64,000 nucleotides of DNA, taken from the NCBI GenBank assembly GCA_963804645.1, contig CAWDRG010000009.1, positions 576,001 through 640,000 on the forward strand, read 5' to 3'. Below, piece after piece: positions 47,935 to 57,052 of this stretch. Both the position numbers and the translations under genes were made by a program. The stretch is from an uncultured Bacillota bacterium (GTDB lineage Bacteria; Sysuimicrobiota; Sysuimicrobiia; Sysuimicrobiales; Segetimicrobiaceae). How positions within the stretch are numbered: position 1 is the first letter of the stretch; each line of letters starts with the position of its first letter. The notes below the pieces were generated by a model, which did not search any database, had not been told where the DNA came from, and saw only the letters and a list, made by a program, of their open reading frames with translations.

Positions 47935-49554
47935 ATGTTGACGCGACGCAGTTTGTTGAAGCTGGGCGCGGGCGGACTCGCGGCGAGCGCGGTCGGGGCG
48001 CTCGGGCGCGGGTCGGCGGAGGCCGCCGCGCCGCCGTCGCAGGTCGTCATCGCGATTTGGGGCCTGCCGGTCCGCATCCTCGGCAGCAACGAGGCGGTCT
48101 TCTCGTACGTCAACCTGTTGATCAACGATTCGCTGACCGCGGTCGACGGCCAGGGCAACGTCAGCGGACGGCTCGCCGCGAAGTATCCCGCCTCGCCGGA
48201 CGGCAAAACCTACCTGGTGACGCTGCGGGACGCGAAGTTCCAGGACGGCACGCCGATCACCGCGCAGGACGTGAAGTTCAGCTACGAGCTGTATCTGCAC
48301 CCCAAGTACCCGACGACGGCGCCGGCGTTTCTCGAGATCGCGGGCGCCCAGGACTACAAGGCCGGGCACGCGCCGTCGGTCACCGGGATCACCGTGGTCA
48401 ATCCCCGCGTCGTGCGGTTCATTCTGAACCGCCCGTATCCGTTCTTTTACGAGCAGATCGGGACGGCGGCGGTGCTGCCGGCGCACGCGCTCGCGAACGT
48501 CGACGTCGCGCGGCTCCAAGAGGCTCCGTACGCGCGGAAGCCGATCGGCGCGGGGCCGTACCACCTCGCGGACTGGCGTGAAACGGAGAGCATCACGTTC
48601 GAGGCGTTTCACGATTACTGGGGCGGCGCGCCGACGCTGCCGCGCGTGGTGTTCAAGCTGATCACGGAAGACGCGACCGTGCTGGCGGAGCTGCACGCCG
48701 GCAACATCGACGCGGGGCGCATCCTGCCCGAGGCCTACAGCCAGTTCCAGAACGACGCGCGCGTCTCGACGCTGCGCGTGCCGGGGGACACGTTCTATTG
48801 GTTCGCGCCGAACTTCAAGGATCCGATGTTCCAGGACGTCCGGGTCCGCCAGGCGATGGCCTACGCCGTCAACCGCGAGGAGATGCTGCAGGCGCTGTAC
48901 CGCGGGCTCGGGACGGTCGCCCAGAGTCCGATCCATCCGAGCCTCTGGCAGTACGACAAGCAGCTCAAGGGCTACACGTACGACCCCACGAAGGCGAAGC
49001 AGTTGCTGGCCGAGGCCGGGTGGACGCCCGGGCCGGACGGGATCGCGCAGAAGAACGGGCAGCCGCTCCGGGCGAAGTACGGCTTCCTCGCCGGCAAGGA
49101 CTATCAGGATCAGGCCCTCCTGATCCAGCAGTATCTCCGCGCGGTCGGGATCGCCATCGACGTGCAGTCGCTCGAGCGCGGGGACTTCTTCAGCCGGTAT
49201 TTCGTGCCGGGCGCGCCGATCGAATTGGTCGGCATCGCGTGGTTCAACCTGATCTTTCCGCCGCAGGCGGAGCTCGAGGGCAACTTCATGAGCACCGGGG
49301 CGACGGCGCAGATCATCGGGTACAACAACCCGAAGATGGACCAGCTGCTGCAGCAGGTCGTGCTGACCACCGACCGCAAGGTGCAGAAGGGCCTGTACGA
49401 TCAGATCCAGGAGCTGGTGATCTCGGACGCCCCGCACATCCTGACGATCCGGCCCGACGTGATCTGGGGTCTCAACAAGACGTTCGTCCTGCCGAGCGGG
49501 GTCACTTCGCTGCGCGACTTCTTCGGGTCCCTGCCGCGGTGGAAGACCCGCTGA
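47935..49554 (+). CDS. Tat-exported family 5 ABC substrate-binding protein
   Basis: 'MLTRRSLLK' Tat motif; 'KFQDGTPITAQDVKFS', 'PIGAGPY', 'VRQAMAYAVNR'. RBS GGAGG. Confidence 0.92.
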   Translation: MLTRRSLLKLGAGGLAASAVGALGRGSAEAAAPPSQVVIAIWGLPVRILGSNEAVFSYVNLLINDSLTAVDGQGNVSGRLAAKYPASPDGKTYLVTLRDAKFQDGTPITAQDVKFSYELYLHPKYPTTAPAFLEIAGAQDYKAGHAPSVTGITVVNPRVVRFILNRPYPFFYEQIGTAAVLPAHALANVDVARLQEAPYARKPIGAGPYHLADWRETESITFEAFHDYWGGAPTLPRVVFKLITEDATVLAELHAGNIDAGRILPEAYSQFQNDARVSTLRVPGDTFYWFAPNFKDPMFQDVRVRQAMAYAVNREEMLQALYRGLGTVAQSPIHPSLWQYDKQLKGYTYDPTKAKQLLAEAGWTPGPDGIAQKNGQPLRAKYGFLAGKDYQDQALLIQQYLRAVGIAIDVQSLERGDFFSRYFVPGAPIELVGIAWFNLIFPPQAELEGNFMSTGATAQIIGYNNPKMDQLLQQVVLTTDRKVQKGLYDQIQELVISDAPHILTIRPDVIWGLNKTFVLPSGVTSLRDFFGSLPRWKTR

Positions 49555-49567
49555 TCCGGACGGCCGC

Positions 49568-50521
49568 GTGGGCGCGTACCTTGCACGGCGGGTGCTCGTG
49601 CTGGTCCCGTTGCTCTTCGGGGTCACGGCGATCACCTTCGCGCTCCTGGTGCTCGCGCCCGGCAACCCCGTCGACTTTCTGATCTCTCCCGAAGAGCGCG
49701 GGTTTACCGACGTCTCGGTGCTGCGCCACCAGCTCGGGCTGGACCGCCCGCTCCCGGTGCAGTACGTGTCGATGATGGCGGAGCTGACGACCGGCCGGCT
49801 GCGCAGCTTCAGCGACCGGCGGCCCACGATCCAGCTGGTCGGGGAGGCCCTGCCGACGACGCTGATCCTCACCGCGACGTCGCTCGCGGCGACCGTCGCG
49901 CTCGCGATCCCGATCGCGGTCGTCTCCGCGGTGCGGCCGTACAGCGGAATCGATCACGCGGCGACGCTGTTCTCGCTGCTCGGCATCTCGCTGCCGACGT
50001 TCTGGCTCGCGCTCGGGCTGATCTACATCTTCACCGAGCGGCTGGGCGTGCTCCCGGCCAGCGGACTCCGTCCCGTCGGCTCCGCGGGGTACGCGCCCGC
50101 GGTGATCTGGCCCTACCTGATCATGCCCACGGTCGTGCAGGCGCTCAGCATCCTCCCCGTGCTGGTCCGGTACGCCCGATCGTCGCTGCTGGACGCGTTC
50201 GGCCAGGACTACGTGCGGGTAGCGCGCAGCAAGGGGCTTGGCGAGCGGGCCGTCCTCGTGCGCCATGTCGGGCGAAACTCGCTGATCCCGGTGCTCACGG
50301 TCGTGGCGCTGCTCCTGCCGTTCCTGCTGAGCGGCTCGGTCGTGGTGGAGACGATCTTCGCCCTCCCGGGGCTGGGGCGGCTCGCCGTGGGCGCCGCGCT
50401 GGCGCGCGACTATCCCACGGTGCTGACGACCACGACGGTCGCCGGGGTGCTCGTGGTCCTGAGCAACCTCGGGGCCGACCTCGGCTACTTCTACCTCGAT
50501 CCCCGGGTCCGGGATGGCTAG
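49568..50521 (+). CDS. Peptide-type ABC permease (DppB-like)
   Basis: 'LAPGNP', 'GLDRPLPVQY', 'YVRVARSKGL', 'LDPRVR'. Confidence 0.92.
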   Translation: MGAYLARRVLVLVPLLFGVTAITFALLVLAPGNPVDFLISPEERGFTDVSVLRHQLGLDRPLPVQYVSMMAELTTGRLRSFSDRRPTIQLVGEALPTTLILTATSLAATVALAIPIAVVSAVRPYSGIDHAATLFSLLGISLPTFWLALGLIYIFTERLGVLPASGLRPVGSAGYAPAVIWPYLIMPTVVQALSILPVLVRYARSSLLDAFGQDYVRVARSKGLGERAVLVRHVGRNSLIPVLTVVALLLPFLLSGSVVVETIFALPGLGRLAVGAALARDYPTVLTTTTVAGVLVVLSNLGADLGYFYLDPRVRDG

Positions 50522-51407
50522 CCAGCTCGCCGGGCCCGCCGCAGAACGCGGGCGGGGGGCGGTGCCGCGGACGCGGCGCCGCGGAGCGCGTCACCGGTTC
50601 GTCCGCAACCCGCGGGCGATCGCGGGGGCCGCGATCATGGCCGCGTTCGTGGTGGTGGCGATCGCCGCCCCCACCCTCGCGCCGTTCCAGCCGGACGCGC
50701 CCCACCTGCGCGCGATCCTGCACCCGCCGGCGTGGCCGTACCTGCTCGGCACGGACAATTTGGGACGCGACATCCTGAGCCGCGTGCTCGTCGCCTCCCG
50801 CGTCTCGCTCGCGATCGGCGTGCTCTCGATGCTGGTCTCGATCGTCCTCGGGATCCTCGTCGGCGCCTGCGCCGGGTTTTCCGCCGGCGCGGTCGACGCC
50901 GTGCTCATGCGCGTGACCGACGTCGTGCTCGCGGTGCCGGTGTTCTTCCTGGCGGTCGCGTTTCTCGCGCTGTTCGGGCCGAGCGTCCCCGGACTGATTT
51001 GGATCATCGGGCTGACCGCGTGGCCGCCCACCGCCCGGCTGGTGCGGGCCGAGTTCCTGAGCCTGCGCGGGCGGGACTTCGTCACGGCCGCGCGCGCCAC
51101 GGGCGCGTCGGGCGGCCGGATCGTCGTCCGCCATCTCCTGCCGAACGTCGTGGCGGTGATCGTGATCTCCGCGACCCTTCGCGTCGGCCTGGCGATTCTC
51201 ACCGAGGCCGGGCTGAGCTTCCTCGGGCTCGGCGTGCAGCCGCCGCAGCCGAGTTGGGGGAACATCATCGCGGACGGGCGCGAGTACCTTGCGACGGCAT
51301 GGTGGGTGTCGTTGTTTCCCGGGCTGTGCGTGTTCCTCGCGGTGATGGGGTTCAATCTCGTCGGGGACGGCCTGAGGGACGCGTTCGACCCGCGGCTGCA
51401 GGTGTGA
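50514..51407 (+). CDS. Peptide-type ABC permease (DppC-like)
   Basis: 'LGTDNLGRDILSR', 'EAGLSFLGLG.QPP..SWG', 'GDGLRDAFDP'. Confidence 0.92.
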   Translation: MASQLAGPAAERGRGAVPRTRRRGARHRFVRNPRAIAGAAIMAAFVVVAIAAPTLAPFQPDAPHLRAILHPPAWPYLLGTDNLGRDILSRVLVASRVSLAIGVLSMLVSIVLGILVGACAGFSAGAVDAVLMRVTDVVLAVPVFFLAVAFLALFGPSVPGLIWIIGLTAWPPTARLVRAEFLSLRGRDFVTAARATGASGGRIVVRHLLPNVVAVIVISATLRVGLAILTEAGLSFLGLGVQPPQPSWGNIIADGREYLATAWWVSLFPGLCVFLAVMGFNLVGDGLRDAFDPRLQV

Positions 51408-51432
51408 CCGCAACTCGGTGTGGAGGTGTGAG

Positions 51433-52605
51433 ATGGCCCGAATCATACTGCGAGGCGCCGGCGTCTTCGACGGGACGGGACGCCGGCCCGAGCGCCGGAC
51501 AGTCGTGGTCGAGGGGGAGCGCATCGTGGACGTGCTGCCCGACGGCGGGGGGGACGCGGCCGGGGACGCGCGGGTCATCGACCTCGGTGGATGCACCCTG
51601 CTCCCCGGGCTGATCGATCTGCACGTGCACCTCGGATACGGCCCGCGTTCGTTTGCTCCGACCGTGGCGGCGACCGCGCTGCGCGCCGCCCGCAATCTGC
51701 GCGCCACCCAGGCCGCCGGCATCACGACGGTGCGCGACGTCGGCACGCTCGGTGGGATCGCGGCTGCGGCGCGCGACGCGGTGGCGAAGGGCGATATCCC
51801 CGGGTCGCGGGTGGTGCCGTGCGGGCAGATCCTCTGCATGACCGGCGGACACGGCTCCGAGCCCCCGGCGCCGCCCGGTATGGCGCGCGAGGTCGACGGC
51901 CCCGACGACTGCCGCCGCGCGGTGCGGGAGCAGGTGAAGGCGGGCGCCGACTGCATCAAGGTCACGACGAACGGCCCCCTAAACGTCGTCGAGCTGACGC
52001 AGGAGGAGCTCGACGCGATCGTCGACGAGGCCCACCGGCTCGAGCGGCGGGTCGCGTGCCACGCGTCGATCCTGGGATCGAGCCGGATGGCGGTGCGCGC
52101 GGGCGTGGACACGATGGAGCACGGGTCCGATCTGGACGTGGAGACCGCCAAGCAGATGGCCGACCGCGGCATCACGCTGGTGCCGACGCTGCTCGTCATG
52201 AAGAGCATCATGGACCGGTGGGACGAGTACAAGGCGATCCCGATGTTTCGTTCGATCCCCGTGCGGGCGAAGCGCGCGGTCGAGAGCTTTCAGATCGCGC
52301 TCGCCGCGGGGGTCACGATGGGCACGGGGACCGACCTGTTCTTCGGGATGGGGCCGTTCGAGTCGCTGCCCGAGGAGATCGAGTACATGGTGGCGTGCGG
52401 CATGGACGCCGGCGCGGCGCTGGCCGCCGCGACCCACCACGGGGCCGCGGCGCTCGGGATGGCCGACCGCATCGGCACGGTCGCCCGGGGCAAGGTCGCG
52501 GACCTGCTCGCGGTCGGCGGCGATCCGACCGCCGACATCTCGATGCTGCATCGCGTGGCGCTGGTCATGCAGGGCGGTGAGATCGTGAGGGACGCAAGAC
52601 CGTGA
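51433..52605 (+). CDS. Metal-dependent amidohydrolase (prolidase-like subgroup)
   Basis: 'PGLIDLHVH', 'GITTVRD', 'GADCIK', 'VACHA', 'EHG', 'GTD', 'GKVADLL'. Confidence 0.9.
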   Translation: MARIILRGAGVFDGTGRRPERRTVVVEGERIVDVLPDGGGDAAGDARVIDLGGCTLLPGLIDLHVHLGYGPRSFAPTVAATALRAARNLRATQAAGITTVRDVGTLGGIAAAARDAVAKGDIPGSRVVPCGQILCMTGGHGSEPPAPPGMAREVDGPDDCRRAVREQVKAGADCIKVTTNGPLNVVELTQEELDAIVDEAHRLERRVACHASILGSSRMAVRAGVDTMEHGSDLDVETAKQMADRGITLVPTLLVMKSIMDRWDEYKAIPMFRSIPVRAKRAVESFQIALAAGVTMGTGTDLFFGMGPFESLPEEIEYMVACGMDAGAALAAATHHGAAALGMADRIGTVARGKVADLLAVGGDPTADISMLHRVALVMQGGEIVRDARP

Positions 52606-52734
52606 CCGCCGGGCAGCGCGTATAGGATGGAAGGAGTCCGGGAAATCGACACGCAACTCCAGCCCTGAGACGGCGGCGGCCGCTCCCGTGGACCTGCTGG
52701 CGGGCGGCGCCCCACGGGGACAAGGAGCCCAGCG

Positions 52735-53229
52735 ATGGCACGCAACACCACGACGCTGCTCGATCACGGTGACGTGTTTCCGGTCGTCCGGCTCTCCTTG
52801 GTGGACGGGGGCACGGTGGTGCTGCCCGCCGAGTTCAGCAGCGGGTGGACGGTGATCTTGGGATACCGCGGCCACTGGTGACCGTACTGCCGTCAGCAGT
52901 TGGCTGACTTCGAGAAGAACATCGGAGAGTTCACGAAGCGCGCAGTGACGATCGTCGGACTCTCGGTCGATCCGCTGGAGGAAGCGCGGAAGACGGTGGA
53001 GCGCGGCCGCCTCACCTTTCCCATCGGCTACGGGGTCGACGGCCCGGCGTTCGCCTCGCAGACCGGCGCGTTCTACGACGCGACGAGGGGTTACCTGCAG
53101 GCGACCGGGTTTCTCCTGGAGCCGGGTGGCGTGGTGGCGCAGGCGGTGTACAGTACCGGTCCGGTGGGCCGGTACGTGGCGGCCGACGTGATCGGCCTGA
53201 TCGACTACTTGTCGAAGAAGCGTCCGTAG
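52735..53229 (+). CDS. Peroxiredoxin-like (AhpC/TSA, thioredoxin-fold) probable selenoprotein with in-frame UGA49 in UxxC
   Basis: RBS AAGGAG then ATG 52735. Reads MARNTTTLLDHGDVFP...WTVILGYRGHW-TGA(52879)-PYCRQQLADF..., continuing in frame into the 52900..53229 ORF ('VGLSVD', 'LTFPI'). 164 aa with readthrough. Confidence 0.88.
52892..52908 (+). promoter_or_regulatory. Putative bacterial SECIS hairpin
   Basis: GTCAGC-AGTTG-GCTGAC: perfect 6-bp stem with a G-containing loop starting 16 nt after the UGA. Confidence 0.7.
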
Positions 53230-53292
53230 CGCCGCGTGACCGCTCGGCGGCACGGTCCGGCGTGCGGGCGGTGAGCGAAAGGAGCGTGGCGC

Positions 53293-55362
53293 ATGGCCTC
53301 CGCGCACCAGACCGTCCGGACGATGTGCCCGATGAACTGCCATCCCACGCTCTGCGGGATGCGCGTGGAGGTGAGGGACGGACGCCTCGTCAGCGTGGCT
53401 GGCGATCCAGAGAACCCGGACAGCCGAGGCTTCCTGTGCGTCCGCGGGCGGGCGTCGCGGGAGATCATCGGCAATTCCAAGCGCCTGCTGTTCCCGCTCG
53501 TCCGCGACCGACGAACGGACGGCGCGTGGCGGCGGGTGGACTGGGACGACGCCCTCGAGATGATCGTGGCCCGCATGCGGTCCGTCGGCCGGGAGTCGGT
53601 GGGGTTTTGGCAGGGCCACGGCCACTTCGCCAACAACTACGGGACGCGCATCGCCTCCCAGCTCCTGCGGCGCTTCGCCAACTTCTACGGCTGTCAGTGG
53701 TGGCACCCGGCGATGATCTGCTGGGGTCTCGGCGGCTTCGGCGTTGGGCTCACGGGCCCCATCGAAACCAACACTAAAGAGGACATGGGCGCGCACGCGA
53801 ACCTGATCGTGCTCTGGGGCGCGAACCTGGCCAGCCAGCCGAACACCGGCCGCCCTCTCGCCGCGGCGCGCCGGCGCGGCGCCGGGGTGGTCACGATCGA
53901 CGTCCGCGACACCGAGGCGGCGGCGCACTCGGACGACGCGTTTATCATCCGGCCCGGGACCGACGCGGCCCTCGCGCTTGGGATGATGCACGTGATCGTG
54001 CGCGACGGGCTGTACGACGCCGGGTTCGTGGACGCCCACACCGTCGGCTTCGACCGGCTGGTGGAGCACGTGCGGGGGCATCCTCCGGAGTGGGCCGCGC
54101 GCGAAACCGGGCTCGCGGCCGACCGCATCGTGGCGTTTGCCCGGCGGTACGCCGCCACCCGGCCCGCGATGATCCTGCTCGGCGGCAGCTCGATGCATAA
54201 GGGCGCGAACGGCTGGCAGGGCGCGCGGGCCGTGGCGTGCCTGCCCGCGCTGACCGGAAACCTCGGGGTGCCCGGCGGCGGTCTCGGGCCGCGTCACGGG
54301 AGCGCGAGCCACGGTCAGGCGCTGGCGGATATCACCGAGCCGGCACGGCGGCCGGCGGGGCACTACATCCCGAACCAGATGCCGCGCATCACCGAAGGGC
54401 TGGCCGACGGCCGCGTGCGCGTGCTGTGCCTGTTCGGCACGGACATGCTGTCCTCGTTTGCCGACGCCGAACGGGTGGCGGAAGGCCTCGCCCGCACCGA
54501 TCTCGTCGTCACGCACGACCTCTTCATGAATGACACCGCCCGCCGCTGCGCCGACGTGGTGCTTCCCGCGACGGCCTGGCTCGAAGAAGTGGGCTGCAAG
54601 AGCACCAACACCCACCTGTACCTGATGCCGAAGATCCTCGACGCGCCCGGCGAGGCTCGCTCGTGCACGTGGCTGCTCCGGGACCTGGCGCGCCGGCTGC
54701 CCCTTGTCGATTTCTTCCCGTGGGAGACGGACGAGGGGCCGATCGACGCACTCCTCGACCACCCGGCCACGGGCCGCGCGACCGTGGCGGCGCTGCGGGC
54801 CGAGGGCGGGATGCGCGCGCTGAACATCTCGCACGTGGCCCACCCGGATCGGATCTTTCCCACGCCCTCGCGCAAGGTCGAGTTCTACTCGGCACGCGCG
54901 GAGGCGCTGGGGCTCCCGGCGCTGCCAGTGTACGTGTCCCTGCCGTCGTCCGCGCGCCACCCTTTGTGCTTCCGGCAGGGACGGACGCTGACCCAGTTTC
55001 ACGGGTTCTACGACCACGGCCGGGCGCTGCCCACGCTCGCGCGCCTCGATCCGGAGCCGGTGCTGTGGCTGTCTCCTGCCGACGCGGCGGCGCGGGGCGT
55101 GGCAGACGGCGCCCCGATCCGCATCTTCAACGATCGCGGGGAGTTTCGAGCGCGCGCACACGTCACCGATCGCGTGCCCGCCGGCACCGTGTGGATGCGC
55201 GACGGCTGGACGGGTCTGAACCGGGTCACCTCGGGGGTGTCCACCATCCCCGACGACGCGGTGGACCTCTTCGGCTTCTCCGCCGGCCAGGCCGCCTTCG
55301 ACGCGATGGTAGAGGTGGCGCGCGCGGAGCCGGTCGCGTCCGAGGCGGCGGCGGGATCCTAG
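53293..55362 (+). CDS. Molybdopterin (bis-MGD) oxidoreductase, cytoplasmic, with N-terminal Fe-S motif
   Basis: 'CPMNCHPTLCG...FLCVRG', 'IVLWGAN', 'IRPGTDAALA', 'ADVVLPA..WLE', C-terminal dinucleotide-binding domain. No Tat signal. Confidence 0.9.
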   Translation: MASAHQTVRTMCPMNCHPTLCGMRVEVRDGRLVSVAGDPENPDSRGFLCVRGRASREIIGNSKRLLFPLVRDRRTDGAWRRVDWDDALEMIVARMRSVGRESVGFWQGHGHFANNYGTRIASQLLRRFANFYGCQWWHPAMICWGLGGFGVGLTGPIETNTKEDMGAHANLIVLWGANLASQPNTGRPLAAARRRGAGVVTIDVRDTEAAAHSDDAFIIRPGTDAALALGMMHVIVRDGLYDAGFVDAHTVGFDRLVEHVRGHPPEWAARETGLAADRIVAFARRYAATRPAMILLGGSSMHKGANGWQGARAVACLPALTGNLGVPGGGLGPRHGSASHGQALADITEPARRPAGHYIPNQMPRITEGLADGRVRVLCLFGTDMLSSFADAERVAEGLARTDLVVTHDLFMNDTARRCADVVLPATAWLEEVGCKSTNTHLYLMPKILDAPGEARSCTWLLRDLARRLPLVDFFPWETDEGPIDALLDHPATGRATVAALRAEGGMRALNISHVAHPDRIFPTPSRKVEFYSARAEALGLPALPVYVSLPSSARHPLCFRQGRTLTQFHGFYDHGRALPTLARLDPEPVLWLSPADAAARGVADGAPIRIFNDRGEFRARAHVTDRVPAGTVWMRDGWTGLNRVTSGVSTIPDDAVDLFGFSAGQAAFDAMVEVARAEPVASEAAAGS

Positions 55363-55485
55363 CTGGCTCCCGGCCGCGTGTTCCTCAGTCGCGCCGTTGC
55401 CCGTGTCGTCGTGGTGATAACGGAGACGTCGTCGTCATAGAAGACGCCGCCTGAGACCGCCGGATCCGTACGTTTCGGTCGGAAG

Positions 55486-55527
55486 TGTGATGCGTGTCAC
55501 GGTACCGCCTCCGCTCGCGAGTACAAT
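55486..55527 (+). promoter_or_regulatory. CRP-family box TGTGA-N6-TCACG with downstream -10 (TACAAT)
   Basis: TGTGA tgcgtg TCACG at 55486-55501 and TACAAT at 55522-55527. Spacing fits a class II activator position. Confidence 0.6.
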
Positions 55528-55585
55528 GAGGACACTGTCTCGTCGGCGTTTCCTGCATTGTGACTCGTGCTAGGGGAGGTCCGGG

Positions 55586-56986
55586 ATGTCGAGGATCCTT
55601 GTCCTAGGCGGCGGTGTCGTGGGCCTGTCCACGGCGATCATGCTGACTCGGCAGGGCCACGACGTGACCGTGTTCGAACGAGACCGCGAGCCGGCTCCCG
55701 GCTCGGCGGAGGAAGCCTGGCACGCGTGGCCACGCCGAGGGGTGGCGCAGTTCCGGCAGCCGCACTATCTGCACGCGGCCGGCCGCCAAATCCTCGACCG
55801 GCACCTCCCGGACGTCAAGGAACGGCTGCTCCGCGCCGGATGTGTCACGTTCGATATCAGCGCGACGATGCCGCCGTGCATTACCGACCGGACGCGGCGG
55901 GAGAGCGACGAACGCTTTGTGACGGTGACCGGCCGGCGCTCCACGATCGAGCACGCGGTCGCACGCGTCGCCGAACGGCTCCTTCCTGTCGCTCGAGGCG
56001 TCTCGATCGTGGGTCTGCTGACGGGGCCGTCGGTGACGAAGGGGATCCCGCACGTGACCGGCGTTCGCACGACGGCCGGCGACACGTTTTCCGCCGACCT
56101 CGTCGTCGACGCGATGGGGCGAGGTTCCAGGCTGCCCGACTGGCTCGAGGCCATCGGAGCTCGCCGTCCAATCGAGGAGGCCGAGGAGTCCGGATTCATC
56201 TACTACACGCGGTTCTTCCGCACCACGACGGGAGGAGTGCCGCCCTGCCGGGCCGGGCTCCTGACGCATTTCCATTCGTTCTCGCTGCTCACGCTTCCGG
56301 GCGACTCGTACACATGGTCGGTGACCGTGTTCACCTTCTCGGGCGACCCGGTGCTGAAGACGCTCCGCGATCCCATGCGTTGGGCGGCTCTCGTTCACGC
56401 ATGTCCGTTACACGCGCACTGGCTCACCGGTGAGCCGATCACCACCGTGCTCCCGATGGGCGGCATCACCGACCGGTATCGTCGCTTCGTCGTGGACGGC
56501 GTGCCGGTCGCGACGGGGGTCGTCAGCGTGGGTGACGCCTGGGCGTGCACGAACCCCCTCGGCGGACGCGGGATCACCATGGGCCTCATGCATGCCGTCG
56601 GCACGGCCGAGGTCGCACGACAGCATCTGGACGACCCGCTGGCGCTCGTGCTCGCACAGGACGCCATGACCGAGGCGCGGGTGACGCCGTGGTACCGAGA
56701 CACGGTTGGATTCGACCGGAGGCGGACCGCCCAGATCAACGCGATCATCCAGGGCCGGCGGGCGTCGCCGCCGACGGATCCCGGGAGCGCACTGTTTGTC
56801 GCCATGCTGTACGATGCCGAGGCGTTCCGAGCCGCCATCGAGATCGCGTCGCTGCTTGCGCTACCGCACGAGGTGATGGCGCGGCCCGGAATGCTCGACC
56901 GTATCACCGACCTCGCCCGCAGTCGCGAGGCGGTCGCTCCTCCCGGTCCATCTCGGGACGAACTGGTCCGGCTGCTGGCATCGTGA
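55586..56986 (+). CDS. FAD-dependent oxidoreductase/monooxygenase-like protein
   Basis: 'ILVLGGGVVGL...VTVFERD', 'ADLVVDAMGRGS', 'VGDA...TNPLGGRGIT'. Confidence 0.88.
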   Translation: MSRILVLGGGVVGLSTAIMLTRQGHDVTVFERDREPAPGSAEEAWHAWPRRGVAQFRQPHYLHAAGRQILDRHLPDVKERLLRAGCVTFDISATMPPCITDRTRRESDERFVTVTGRRSTIEHAVARVAERLLPVARGVSIVGLLTGPSVTKGIPHVTGVRTTAGDTFSADLVVDAMGRGSRLPDWLEAIGARRPIEEAEESGFIYYTRFFRTTTGGVPPCRAGLLTHFHSFSLLTLPGDSYTWSVTVFTFSGDPVLKTLRDPMRWAALVHACPLHAHWLTGEPITTVLPMGGITDRYRRFVVDGVPVATGVVSVGDAWACTNPLGGRGITMGLMHAVGTAEVARQHLDDPLALVLAQDAMTEARVTPWYRDTVGFDRRRTAQINAIIQGRRASPPTDPGSALFVAMLYDAEAFRAAIEIASLLALPHEVMARPGMLDRITDLARSREAVAPPGPSRDELVRLLAS

Positions 56987-57052
56987 AGAGCAGGCTTACC
57001 GTCGTGCGGGGATCCCCGACGAGGACGTCACCACGCTCCCGACCGGGACCAC

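Noticed and set aside
52900..53229. 109-aa ORF with TTG start as the complete gene
   Set aside because: Lacks the active-site motif and an RBS. It is the post-UGA part of the 52735..53229 gene.
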